From the NCBI GenBank assembly GCA_905233565.1, contig CAJOCL010000010.1, forward strand, positions 18,832-82,831: a DNA stretch of 64,000 bases, read 5' to 3'. Positions 9,181 through 17,550 of this stretch are shown here, in pieces. The notes under the pieces are model-generated. The model did not search any database and was not told where the DNA came from. It was given only the letters and a program-made list of their open reading frames with translations. The position numbers and the translations under genes were made by a program. Source of the stretch: an uncultured Synergistales bacterium (GTDB lineage Bacteria > Synergistota > Synergistia > Synergistales > Aminobacteriaceae). Position 1 is the stretch's first letter. Each line of letters begins with the position of its first letter.

Positions 9181-10533
9181 TTATCTGACTAAACAGGGTT
9201 TCTTGCTGTCAAATTTCCAATTAGGTATTAAATACTGCATTGCTTCAGCGTCGTTTCTGTCATGGCTGGGAAGCTTATTATAAAGTGCGTTTGCCTCTTC
9301 AAGCCTCTTCATGTTCAGTGTTACGCCCAAGCCCGGACGTTCAGGGACTTCAAGATAACCATTCCTAATTGACGGGGCATCATCAAGCAAATTCTGGCCG
9401 TCCTGCCATATCCAATGCGTATCGAGTGCCGTCGGATTTCCGGGAGCCGCTGCACCGACCTGAGCAAATGCCGAGAGAGTTATATCAAAATGATTATTGC
9501 TGTGGCTTCCCCACGTCAAACCCCAGTCGTTCAATAACTGCGCAATTCTTATGCTTCCGCCGAATCCCCAGAAATGCGGATCTGCGAGGACTATATCAAC
9601 AGCTTTCAATGCCGCTGAATGATAGAACTGCCGCCAGTCCGTAGCTATCATGTTTGTTGCGACAGGAAGATGTACGGCGTTTTTGAACTCGGCCATTATT
9701 TCACGGCTTGAATATCCCGACTCAGGGCCGCAGGGGTCTTCAATATATGTCAGAACGCTCTCAAGGGGCTTGCAAAGTTCTACGGCTTCCGACAGACTCC
9801 AGGCACCGTTAGGATCAATGTTAATTCTGCCTTCAGGGAATGCCTTTTTCAAGGCACAAACGGCTTTCATTTCTTCATGTCCCGCTAAAACTCCGCCTTT
9901 TAACTTGAAATTCCTGAATCCGTATTTTTCGTGCAGGCATTGAGCCTGTGAGACTATTGCATCGGGCGTAAGCATTTCTTTGCGCCTCATTCTGAACCAT
10001 AAGTCAGAACTTGAAGACTCATCGAGATAGCCGAGCGGTTTCGCTTTTTCCTTGTCGCTGACGTAGAATAAATATCCCAGCGTTTCGACTTTATCGCGCT
10101 GTTTCCCGTCTCCTAAAAGATCGCACATCTGAAGCCCAAGAGCCTGACCCAATAAATCAAGCAAGGCGCATTCAATAGCCCATTCAGCTTTTACGACAAA
10201 TTTTAACTTTGAGATGTCAAGCGTCTGTATTCCCTCGCCGTCATCTTCCTTTGCGCGTTTCGTGTTCTTGTGAATGCTGTCGAGTATTGATCTGTATTTC
10301 CCGACCTGCTGGCCGACAACAAGGCTTTCACAGGCTCTTAATGCCTCACATGTGTAATCACCGCCGTGAATTTCGCCGATTCCCTGATGTCCTGCGCTGT
10401 CCTCAAGTATTACTATGTTGCGCGTGAAGTAAGGGGCATGGGCTCCCGAAAGCGTCATCAGCATACTGTCATATCCGGCAACGGGTACAACTTTCATGCT
10501 CTTTACTGTCGGTGTTGTTCCGTAAGTACTCAT
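9181..10533 (-). CDS. gudD: Glucarate dehydratase (enolase superfamily)
   Basis: 450 aa. The N-terminus TPTVKSMKVVPVAGYDSMLMTLSGAHAPYFTRNIVILEDSAGHQGIGEIHGG is nearly colinear with E. coli GudD ([37 protein letters not shown]). Confidence 0.9.
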   Translation of the reverse strand: MSTYGTTPTVKSMKVVPVAGYDSMLMTLSGAHAPYFTRNIVILEDSAGHQGIGEIHGGDYTCEALRACESLVVGQQVGKYRSILDSIHKNTKRAKEDDGEGIQTLDISKLKFVVKAEWAIECALLDLLGQALGLQMCDLLGDGKQRDKVETLGYLFYVSDKEKAKPLGYLDESSSSDLWFRMRRKEMLTPDAIVSQAQCLHEKYGFRNFKLKGGVLAGHEEMKAVCALKKAFPEGRINIDPNGAWSLSEAVELCKPLESVLTYIEDPCGPESGYSSREIMAEFKNAVHLPVATNMIATDWRQFYHSAALKAVDIVLADPHFWGFGGSIRIAQLLNDWGLTWGSHSNNHFDITLSAFAQVGAAAPGNPTALDTHWIWQDGQNLLDDAPSIRNGYLEVPERPGLGVTLNMKRLEEANALYNKLPSHDRNDAEAMQYLIPNWKFDSKKPCLVR

Positions 10534-10565
10534 AAAATTTCACCTCATTAAAATTAAAAATAAAT

Positions 10566-10590
10566 CCCCCCTGCAGTTTTCACAGGAGGG
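10566..10590 (-). terminator. Rho-independent terminator candidate after tctC
   Basis: Minus strand reads CCCTCCTG-tgaaaactg-CAGGGGGG followed by ATTTATTTTTAATTT. There is one mismatch in the 8-bp stem. Confidence 0.6.
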
Positions 10591-10608
10591 ATTGAATTTT
10601 TCATGTTA

Positions 10609-11550
10609 TTACTTTGCTAACTGTTCAGCGATTGACTTGAAAATCGCAAAATACTCAGCATCATGCTTTTCGCTGTCTGCACCTGAAAGGTAGTAAGGCA
10701 TCATTTCAACTTTTCTGATTGCCTCGACACATTCCGGCTTGCTGTGCATTTCCTTGACGATGTTTTCATACCATGTGATAACTTCGTCGGGCGTTTCCTT
10801 CGGGAAGTAGAACGAGAAGTCGCAGTCAGGATAAACAAGATCTATTCCCTGTTCCCTGAATGTCGGAATATCCTTGATTATGTCGTAGCGTTCAGCCGTA
10901 GGAACTCCAAGCGCGACAAACTGGCCTGATTCAAGATAATCTTTGCAGTTTATGTACGCGCCGGGCATCATGTCAACCTGTCCTGAAAGCATACCGACTA
11001 TTTTGTCAGAATTTGAGCCGTAGTCGACTAAATCGAGCTGAATACCGGCGAGATCCTGGAACTTCAGAATTTCATAGTACGTGTAAGCTCCGACTTCAGT
11101 GCATGCTACGAGTTCGCCGGGCTTCTCTTTCGCTGCCTTCAGGAACTCTTCGAGATTCTTGTACTTCTTGGGATTCGCGTAGAACTGCTGCGCCGGGTCT
11201 TTTGCGAAAGTCGGGCCGAGCTTGAATGCCGTGTAGTTATAATCCGTAATTCCTGCTACGTTTGCGACGTTTACCAGATTATGGCCGTAAAGGAACGTAT
11301 GGCCGTCCGGTGCTGCACTGCGTACCTGGTCGGCAGCGATTGAACCTGCTGCGCCGTTTGCGTTGACAACGATGAAATCACAGCCTGAAAGCTCTTTTGC
11401 ATACTGTGCGAAAACTCTCGCGCTCAGGTCGGTATTTCCGCCGGCACCGGCAGGAACGATGATTGAAACTGTTGTTGTCGGCTTCCATTCAGCAAATGAA
11501 CAGCCTGCGACTGCTAATACTACGAGTAATGCTAATAACGCTTTTTTCAT
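10609..11550 (-). CDS. tctC: Tripartite tricarboxylate transporter (TTT) substrate-binding protein, TctC/Bug family
   Basis: ORF track 10609..11613. Start moved to ATG 11550 (AGGAG upstream), giving MKKALLALLVVLAVAGCSF, a lipoprotein-type signal. VPAGAGGNTDLSARVFAQY and GAAGSIAADQV are Bug-family motifs. Confidence 0.85.
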   Translation of the reverse strand: MKKALLALLVVLAVAGCSFAEWKPTTTVSIIVPAGAGGNTDLSARVFAQYAKELSGCDFIVVNANGAAGSIAADQVRSAAPDGHTFLYGHNLVNVANVAGITDYNYTAFKLGPTFAKDPAQQFYANPKKYKNLEEFLKAAKEKPGELVACTEVGAYTYYEILKFQDLAGIQLDLVDYGSNSDKIVGMLSGQVDMMPGAYINCKDYLESGQFVALGVPTAERYDIIKDIPTFREQGIDLVYPDCDFSFYFPKETPDEVITWYENIVKEMHSKPECVEAIRKVEMMPYYLSGADSEKHDAEYFAIFKSIAEQLAK

Positions 11551-11616
11551 TGAAAATAACAACTCCTGTAAAAATATTTTTTCCCCGCAGAATTTCACGG
11601 GGTAAATCAACAAATT

Positions 11617-13113
11617 TTAATGCTTATCCGCTCTGGCAGCCTTGATTTCTTTATATACTGACCAAAGTATAACAGCTACTGCAATTCCAAAGAATACGCA
11701 GAAAATCGGACGCGTGAAAAATGCCCCGAACGTCTTAAATCTCATAAGTCCCCTGCGTAAATACTCCTCAGTCATACGGCCGATTAAGAAGCATAACACG
11801 AACGGCGTTGTAGGCAGCTTGAACTTGTGATAAAGATAACCGATTACGCCGAAGACAACGATTGACTGAACGTCAAAAATTCTGTTGTTCGTTGCATATG
11901 CACCGACAGCGCAGAGAACGAGAATTAACGGTAATAATACGTGCTTCGGGACTTTAAGAACCTGAACGAATGCTTTAATACATGTCCATTCAACAATGAG
12001 CATTATTAACGCGCAGACCATGCAGGCCGCGAAAATTCCGTAAACAACATCAGCGTTCTTTACGAAAAGAAGAGGCCCTGCTGATAATCCGTGAATTAAA
12101 AATCCTCCGAGCATCATGGCCGTAACTCCGTCTCCCGGTATTCCCAGAACCAGAAGGGGAATTAAAGCACCGCCTATTGTCGCGTTGTTCGCGCACTCAG
12201 TGGCAACGATGCCCTCAGGCTCACCCTGCCCGAAAGTCTCAGGGTGTTTGCTCATGTTCTTGGCCGTAACGTAAGAAAGCATGCCCGACGTTGAGCCGCC
12301 GATACCTGGTAAAATGCCGATCCCCGTACCGATTAAAGCCGCTCTTATTGCGCCCGGTATCCACTTGAAAAATTCTCCGAGACTGAAGCCGAATCCGCGA
12401 ACTTTTTTGACGGGGATTGTCTTTATTCCATGCCCGATCGTTTCAGCACTTACGAGAATGTCAGCAACGGCAAAAATTCCGATTAATGTCGTAAGAGTGT
12501 TGAAGCCTCCGCGCATTTCAGGAATACCGAAAGTGAATCTCGCCGTCCCGTCAATCGGTGCAAGCCCGACCATTGCGAAGACAAGCCCTAACATTCCTGC
12601 TAAAAGACCCTTTACCATGTTTCCTGACGAGAGAACTGCAACCATCGTTAATGCAAAGAAGCAGATTCCGAAATTGTCAGGAGCGGCGAATTTCAAGGCA
12701 ACGTCAGCAAGCCACGGCGCAAAGAACGTCAATATAATAAATGAAAATACTGAACCCAAGAACGAGAAGACTATACCGACCCCAAGTGCCTTCATTGCCT
12801 CACCCTTCTGAGCCATCGGGTAACCGTCAAAAGTCGTTGCTATTGATGACGCTGTGCCGGGCATGTTCAACAGAATTGCTGAGATTAGACCGCCCGAAAT
12901 TCCGCCGATGTAGACAGCGACAAGAACATTCATTCCGAGTGATGAACTCATTGAGAATGTTAAAGGCAGGAACAGGGCAACGGCCATTGACGCACTCAGG
13001 CCGGGTATTGAACCGAAAATTATTCCGACCGTAACGCCCGCAATCATCAACAATAATGACGTAGGTTCACAAACTCTGAGTATTGCTGATCCCAATTGTG
13101 ATAAAGCTCCCAT
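11617..13113 (-). CDS. tctA: TTT large permease TctA
   Basis: 498-aa polytopic protein (GIIFGSIPGLSASMAVALFLP, GIGILPGIGGSTSGMLSY, LGIPGDGVTAMMLG) lying directly between tctB and tctC. Confidence 0.9.
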   Translation of the reverse strand: MGALSQLGSAILRVCEPTSLLLMIAGVTVGIIFGSIPGLSASMAVALFLPLTFSMSSSLGMNVLVAVYIGGISGGLISAILLNMPGTASSIATTFDGYPMAQKGEAMKALGVGIVFSFLGSVFSFIILTFFAPWLADVALKFAAPDNFGICFFALTMVAVLSSGNMVKGLLAGMLGLVFAMVGLAPIDGTARFTFGIPEMRGGFNTLTTLIGIFAVADILVSAETIGHGIKTIPVKKVRGFGFSLGEFFKWIPGAIRAALIGTGIGILPGIGGSTSGMLSYVTAKNMSKHPETFGQGEPEGIVATECANNATIGGALIPLLVLGIPGDGVTAMMLGGFLIHGLSAGPLLFVKNADVVYGIFAACMVCALIMLIVEWTCIKAFVQVLKVPKHVLLPLILVLCAVGAYATNNRIFDVQSIVVFGVIGYLYHKFKLPTTPFVLCFLIGRMTEEYLRRGLMRFKTFGAFFTRPIFCVFFGIAVAVILWSVYKEIKAARADKH

Positions 13114-13125
13114 GATTGCACCTCC

Positions 13126-13617
13126 TTAAAGTGTGAAAAGACCCGAAGGCAGTACGATTTTGAAGCCGTAACGGAACAGGAAAAAGACGGCAAAGACGAA
13201 TATTACATCAATGACTGCATACATGAGAATATTCTTTGAGTTTCTCCTGTCATTGGGAGCGAGTACGACAATCTGAAGGAACAGATAGCACAGAGTCGAC
13301 AAAATAAATCCCACAGGTGCGAGAATGTTTACGTAAATTACGACAAGCACCAGTGAGGCAAGCACCCTTTTGTAATCGGCAGTATCAGGGGGCATTGACT
13401 CTGCTTTTTCAGCATTCGCCTTAAAATTCTTTAACGACTGAAAAAGAAGCATTAAGGCAAGAACGAGAATTAATACGCCTATAACCATAGGCATGAAGTC
13501 GGGGCCTATTTTCATTACGCGGGATTTCGGAAGCTGCGTAGCAAAATAAATTGTTGCAGCTCCTAAAGCAGTATAGAACAATCCTGTAATGATGTCCCCG
13601 TATTTCCTGAAGAACAA
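13126..13617 (-). CDS. tctB: TTT small permease TctB
   Basis: 163-aa protein with four predicted TM helices. It is the first gene of the tctB-A-C order. Confidence 0.7.
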   Translation of the reverse strand: MFFRKYGDIITGLFYTALGAATIYFATQLPKSRVMKIGPDFMPMVIGVLILVLALMLLFQSLKNFKANAEKAESMPPDTADYKRVLASLVLVVIYVNILAPVGFILSTLCYLFLQIVVLAPNDRRNSKNILMYAVIDVIFVFAVFFLFRYGFKIVLPSGLFTL

Positions 13618-13691
13618 ACTTCTACACTTCCTTCCATAAAAATAAAATAAAATTATTTTGGGAATTTTAATTGCTTAATATTATAGCAAAA

Positions 13692-13729
13692 ATAAAAAAA
13701 ATCCCCTCTGTTTTTTTACACAAAGGGGA
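13692..13729 (-). terminator. Rho-independent terminator candidate after the flavoprotein gene
   Basis: Minus strand reads TCCCCTTTG-tgtaaaaaaa-CAGAGGGGA followed by TTTTTTTTATTTTT. Confidence 0.65.
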
Positions 13730-13737
13730 AAATTTAT

Positions 13738-14358
13738 TTACCTTATAAAATTTGTCAGTATATGCTCTTCCATTTCAGGCTCAGGGACTTTTGCTTTGCG
13801 CCCGGCCTCAATGCACTTCAGCAGATAGGCCATGTTCTCGCCCAGCGTCCTCATTGTCTGCAGACCTTCAAGATCTTTGCGGACATCATCAGGCGTGAAA
13901 CCGTGTACCATGTTCCAGTATTGCGACGATACTACGGGCATGTTCATAATAGTGAAGTACTTGTTGAGACGGTCAAAAGATGCCGTAGCACCTCCGCGCC
14001 TGCATGATACGACACAGGCTGCGGGCTTTCCGAACCATTTTTCACCGCCCGAAAAGAAAAGCCTGTCCAAGAAAGCGCAAAGACTTCCTGCAGGGCCGCC
14101 GTAATAGACGGGTGAACCGATAATTAAGCCATCAATTTCATCTAAACGTGAGTTTATATCATTAACGCCGTCATTGAAGACGCAGCGTCCCAGCTTTGAA
14201 CAGCCCATACATGCAACACAGCCTTGAACGGGCTTTTTGCCTATCTGAAAAATTTCAGTTTCAATGCCGTGCTTCTGCAATGTCGCTGATACTTCGCTCA
14301 ATGCCGTGAACGTACAGCCGTTTTCATTCGGCGAACCGTTAATCATTAAAACCTTCAT
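13738..14358 (-). CDS. Flavodoxin-like fold FMN reductase / iron-sulfur flavoprotein family protein
   Basis: 206 aa. MKVLMINGSPNENGCT and GSPVYYGGPAGSL are NADPH-dependent FMN reductase-type motifs. A Cys cluster is present (CVACMGCSKLGRC). Confidence 0.7.
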   Translation of the reverse strand: MKVLMINGSPNENGCTFTALSEVSATLQKHGIETEIFQIGKKPVQGCVACMGCSKLGRCVFNDGVNDINSRLDEIDGLIIGSPVYYGGPAGSLCAFLDRLFFSGGEKWFGKPAACVVSCRRGGATASFDRLNKYFTIMNMPVVSSQYWNMVHGFTPDDVRKDLEGLQTMRTLGENMAYLLKCIEAGRKAKVPEPEMEEHILTNFIR

Positions 14359-14364
14359 TAAAAA

Positions 14365-15621
14365 TTACCCCTTAATTAATGCTATTGCTACATCGTTTAC
14401 GTTTGTACCTGTCGGGCCTGTCATCAAGAGTGCGTCAGCGGCCTTCAGTGCGTTGTAAGCGTCATTATTCTTGAGGACTTCGGGAATGCTGATACCTTTT
14501 GATTTCAATACGGCTTCTGTTTTTCCGTCAACAATTCCTCCTGCTGCATCTGTCGGGCCGTCCGTACCGTCAGAACCTAACGAGGCAATAACGACATTTT
14601 CAAGCCCTGAAATCCCCTGAGCTGCTGAGAGTGCAAATTCCTGATTACGTCCTCCCATTCCCTTACCCGTTAAATGCACGACAGTTTCACCGCCCGCAAT
14701 GATTGCACAGGGAGCTTTTACCGGCCTGCCTGATGTCAGGACTTCACGGGCAATGCTGGCCATTAACGAACCTGCTTCACGCGCTTCACATGCCATTGTC
14801 GTAGTTAATATCAGGGGCGTGTAACCTTTGCTTTCTGAAATTTCGCCGGCTGCCTTGCAAAGTGCCGTAACACTTCCCGTTATTACTGATGTAACGTTGT
14901 CGAGATTTTTCGGTGTTTCCTGAGCGAGGACTTTCAACAGTTCGGGCTTGACATTGAGGCCGTATTTTTTGATTATGGCTAATGCTTCTTCACTTGTTGA
15001 CATGTCGGGAGCTGCAGGGCCTGAAGCAATGCTGTCTAACCTGTCGCCTAAAACATCGCTCAATACAACCATGAAGACATGGGCAGGAGCGCATAACTTT
15101 GCGAATTTTCCGCCCTTAACGCCTGATAAGTGCTTGCGTATCGTGTTGATTTCGACAATATCGGCACCGCATGCCAATAACTGACTTGTAATATTTTGCA
15201 TGTCATCAAGCGTAACGCCCTCTGCAGGGAGTTCAAAAAGTGCAGAGCCTCCGCCCGAAACAAGAAATAAAACTGTGTCATCAGCCGTTAAATTCCTGAC
15301 GTGTTCAAGAAGAGCCCTAGTGCCTTTTAGGGTGTTTTCGTCAAGAACGGGGTGTCCTGCCTCGAAGATTTCAAGTCCTGAAATATCGCCCATTGAGTGA
15401 TCATATTTTGTTATGACTGTTCCTGTTATGCCCGAACCGAGAATATCGCTTGCTGCTTTTGCCATTCTCCAGGCTGCTTTGCCGATTGATGAGACGATTA
15501 ATTTTCCCTTGCCTTTTCTTGAAGTGAAAGCAGGGTTATTAAGGGCTTCTTTGACGGCGTTTTCAGGGAGTACGGCTTCAATTGCCTTGTCGATAATATA
15601 TTTCATGTCGTCTTTGAGCAT
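14365..15621 (-). CDS. Glycerate 2-kinase (DUF4147 + MOFRL family)
   Basis: 418 aa. LVSGGGSALFELP, IAGGETVVHLTGKGMGGRNQEFAL, LGSDGTDGPTDAAGGIVD and TGPTGTNVNDVAI are hallmark MOFRL-family motifs. Confidence 0.85.
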   Translation of the reverse strand: MLKDDMKYIIDKAIEAVLPENAVKEALNNPAFTSRKGKGKLIVSSIGKAAWRMAKAASDILGSGITGTVITKYDHSMGDISGLEIFEAGHPVLDENTLKGTRALLEHVRNLTADDTVLFLVSGGGSALFELPAEGVTLDDMQNITSQLLACGADIVEINTIRKHLSGVKGGKFAKLCAPAHVFMVVLSDVLGDRLDSIASGPAAPDMSTSEEALAIIKKYGLNVKPELLKVLAQETPKNLDNVTSVITGSVTALCKAAGEISESKGYTPLILTTTMACEAREAGSLMASIAREVLTSGRPVKAPCAIIAGGETVVHLTGKGMGGRNQEFALSAAQGISGLENVVIASLGSDGTDGPTDAAGGIVDGKTEAVLKSKGISIPEVLKNNDAYNALKAADALLMTGPTGTNVNDVAIALIKG

Positions 15622-15699
15622 GATTAAACATCTCCTTTAATTTGCGGTTACTTTTAACTTAACGGAATTTTGTATATTTTATCATTAAAAAGCAGCTGC

Positions 15700-15736
15700 A
15701 AAATAAAAACGGCGTCCCTTAAAACTTCAGGACACC
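15700..15736 (-). terminator. Rho-independent terminator candidate after pckA
   Basis: Minus strand reads GGTGTCC-tgaagttttaag-GGACGCC followed by GTTTTTATTTT. Confidence 0.55.
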
Positions 15737-15771
15737 GTAAATTTTTTCTTAAATCTCTTTACTGAAAACTG

Positions 15772-17430
15772 TTAGCCTATTTCGGCGATGAGTTTTTCTA
15801 CAGCCTCGTGAGCATCGGCAGGCAGTTTATCAATTCCGCCTCTTTCAGTATCACGCGACTTTATGAAGTTCAATCTGTCCTGGAAACGCTTCTTTAACTG
15901 CGTTCTGTATTCCTCGTTCTTGAGGTCTGCGTCAAAGCCCGGTATTTCCATCGTCTTAATGCCGCTCAAATTCCCGAACGGTACCCATTTGGCTTTGTTC
16001 TCGACAATGCGTTCAATAATCATGAGCGTATTTTCTTTGCCTACGGGCTTGCCCATGAAGTTGCCTGTGTTGAGAATGTAGCAGTCAACGCCGTCAGAAA
16101 TAAGCTGCTTGAATCTCTCGTAGTCCATTCCGAGCGGGTAAGTCCTGAACGGGTTTGCGTAAGGTTCGCAGACAAGAGCATCAGGATCAACGCCGGGAGC
16201 TAAGTTTTCGGCACTCGTTCTCTTTGTTGCCAGAGTTGCGCCGAGTACGGAAGCAAGTGAAGGCCCTTCAAGTTTCAAAACAGGCGGCAACGTAGGATCC
16301 CTCATGAGCCAGAATATTGCGTTCAAAGGCTCGTCGATTCTGTCAACCCTGTTCGGCGACCATAAACGCGATTTGATTGCGCGTCCGTTTCCGTTTCTTA
16401 CGTCTTCGGTTACGGCGATTAATTTTCCGTCAGCGTCTTTAACACAGCCGCAGTTCTGAAGTGTAAGCAGGAATTTGTTATCAGGGCAGCCTATCGGGTA
16501 ATCCGCAACTTTATCGAAATATGTCGGTTCAAGTGCAATTGCGTATTTGTCTTTTACGTTTACGACAAATGCGTCATCATGAAGTACCATGACATCATAT
16601 TTTCCGTCATGCTTTGCGTGTGTAATCGTTGATTTTCCTGAACCTGAAAGACCGAATGCTGCCATGACGTATTTTTTGTTGCTGCCGTCTTTCAGCGTGT
16701 AACGCTTTAATCCGCCGTGACATGACGCGTAACCGTTTCTTGCGGCGATACCCCATGCGAGTGTCAGGGTGCCTTTTTTCAATTCTCCGAAATATCTAAG
16801 GCCGAGAACGATTGCGCAGTTCTCTTCGGGTGAGAAGAATGCCAATCCTAACGGGAAATCAGGGTGTGACCAGTCAGGATCTGCAACAAAGAATATATCT
16901 CCATCATGGTCTGAAATTCTGCGCGATTTTTCATAGCGCGGCTTATATGCCTCGTTTGCATACTGGAAATTAATCATCCAGTTGTAAAGGTTATTTTCAT
17001 AGCCTTCAGGGAGAATTATGTGTGCTGCGGTCATGAAATCTTCGTCAAGTCCGACGTAAGCATCTGCCTGATAAAGTTTCTTGTAACGCATATTGTAGAC
17101 TGCTTCGCGTATTATTTTGCAGTATTTATTAACATCTACATCGGGATATCCTACTATGCGTCTTGCTGCGGCTGTTCTGCCGAAGATTGCGCCGTCATTG
17201 AAAAGAAGTACATTTGCATTCTGCGGTAATTCCTGCTCTGTCGGCTTGTAAACCGGCATTCCAGTAAGTTCGATTGTTCCGGGCGAATTCTTTGCGAGCG
17301 TGTAGGCTTCTTTCAGGTCAAGAACATGATGAACGTTATTACCGTAAAACAGCGTTTCAATCGTTGTTCTGGGCTGTGCGTGATAAATTTTTTTGAAATT
17401 TTCAGGATCATAATATCCGATTGTTGACAT
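15772..17430 (-). CDS. pckA: Phosphoenolpyruvate carboxykinase (ATP)
   Basis: ORF track 15772..17451. ATG 17430 is preferred because AAAGGGG lies upstream. Kinase-1a P-loop FGLSGSGKSTITH; NTGNFMGK is also typical of ATP-PEPCK. Confidence 0.85.
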   Translation of the reverse strand: MSTIGYYDPENFKKIYHAQPRTTIETLFYGNNVHHVLDLKEAYTLAKNSPGTIELTGMPVYKPTEQELPQNANVLLFNDGAIFGRTAAARRIVGYPDVDVNKYCKIIREAVYNMRYKKLYQADAYVGLDEDFMTAAHIILPEGYENNLYNWMINFQYANEAYKPRYEKSRRISDHDGDIFFVADPDWSHPDFPLGLAFFSPEENCAIVLGLRYFGELKKGTLTLAWGIAARNGYASCHGGLKRYTLKDGSNKKYVMAAFGLSGSGKSTITHAKHDGKYDVMVLHDDAFVVNVKDKYAIALEPTYFDKVADYPIGCPDNKFLLTLQNCGCVKDADGKLIAVTEDVRNGNGRAIKSRLWSPNRVDRIDEPLNAIFWLMRDPTLPPVLKLEGPSLASVLGATLATKRTSAENLAPGVDPDALVCEPYANPFRTYPLGMDYERFKQLISDGVDCYILNTGNFMGKPVGKENTLMIIERIVENKAKWVPFGNLSGIKTMEIPGFDADLKNEEYRTQLKKRFQDRLNFIKSRDTERGGIDKLPADAHEAVEKLIAEIG

Positions 17431-17504
17431 AAAAATATTTGCCCCTTTCATTAATTTTCAGGCTAGTTTACTGAATTATACAGAACTCAAAGCAAAAATC
17501 AAGG

Positions 17505-17542
17505 ATAAAAAAACGGGACACCTTTATCAAAAAAGCGTCCCG
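17505..17542 (-). terminator. Rho-independent terminator candidate after the surface-protein gene
   Basis: Minus strand reads GGGAC-gcttttttgataaaggt-GTCCC followed by GTTTTTTTAT. Confidence 0.5.
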
Positions 17543-17550
17543 AAAAACTA

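Noticed and set aside
12281-12811. 176-aa plus-strand ORF (also 12741..13034) inside tctA.
   Set aside because: It is entirely antisense to a confidently assigned permease gene. It has a Pro/Ile/Lys-rich, low-complexity composition typical of the mirror frame of a membrane protein. It has no SD.
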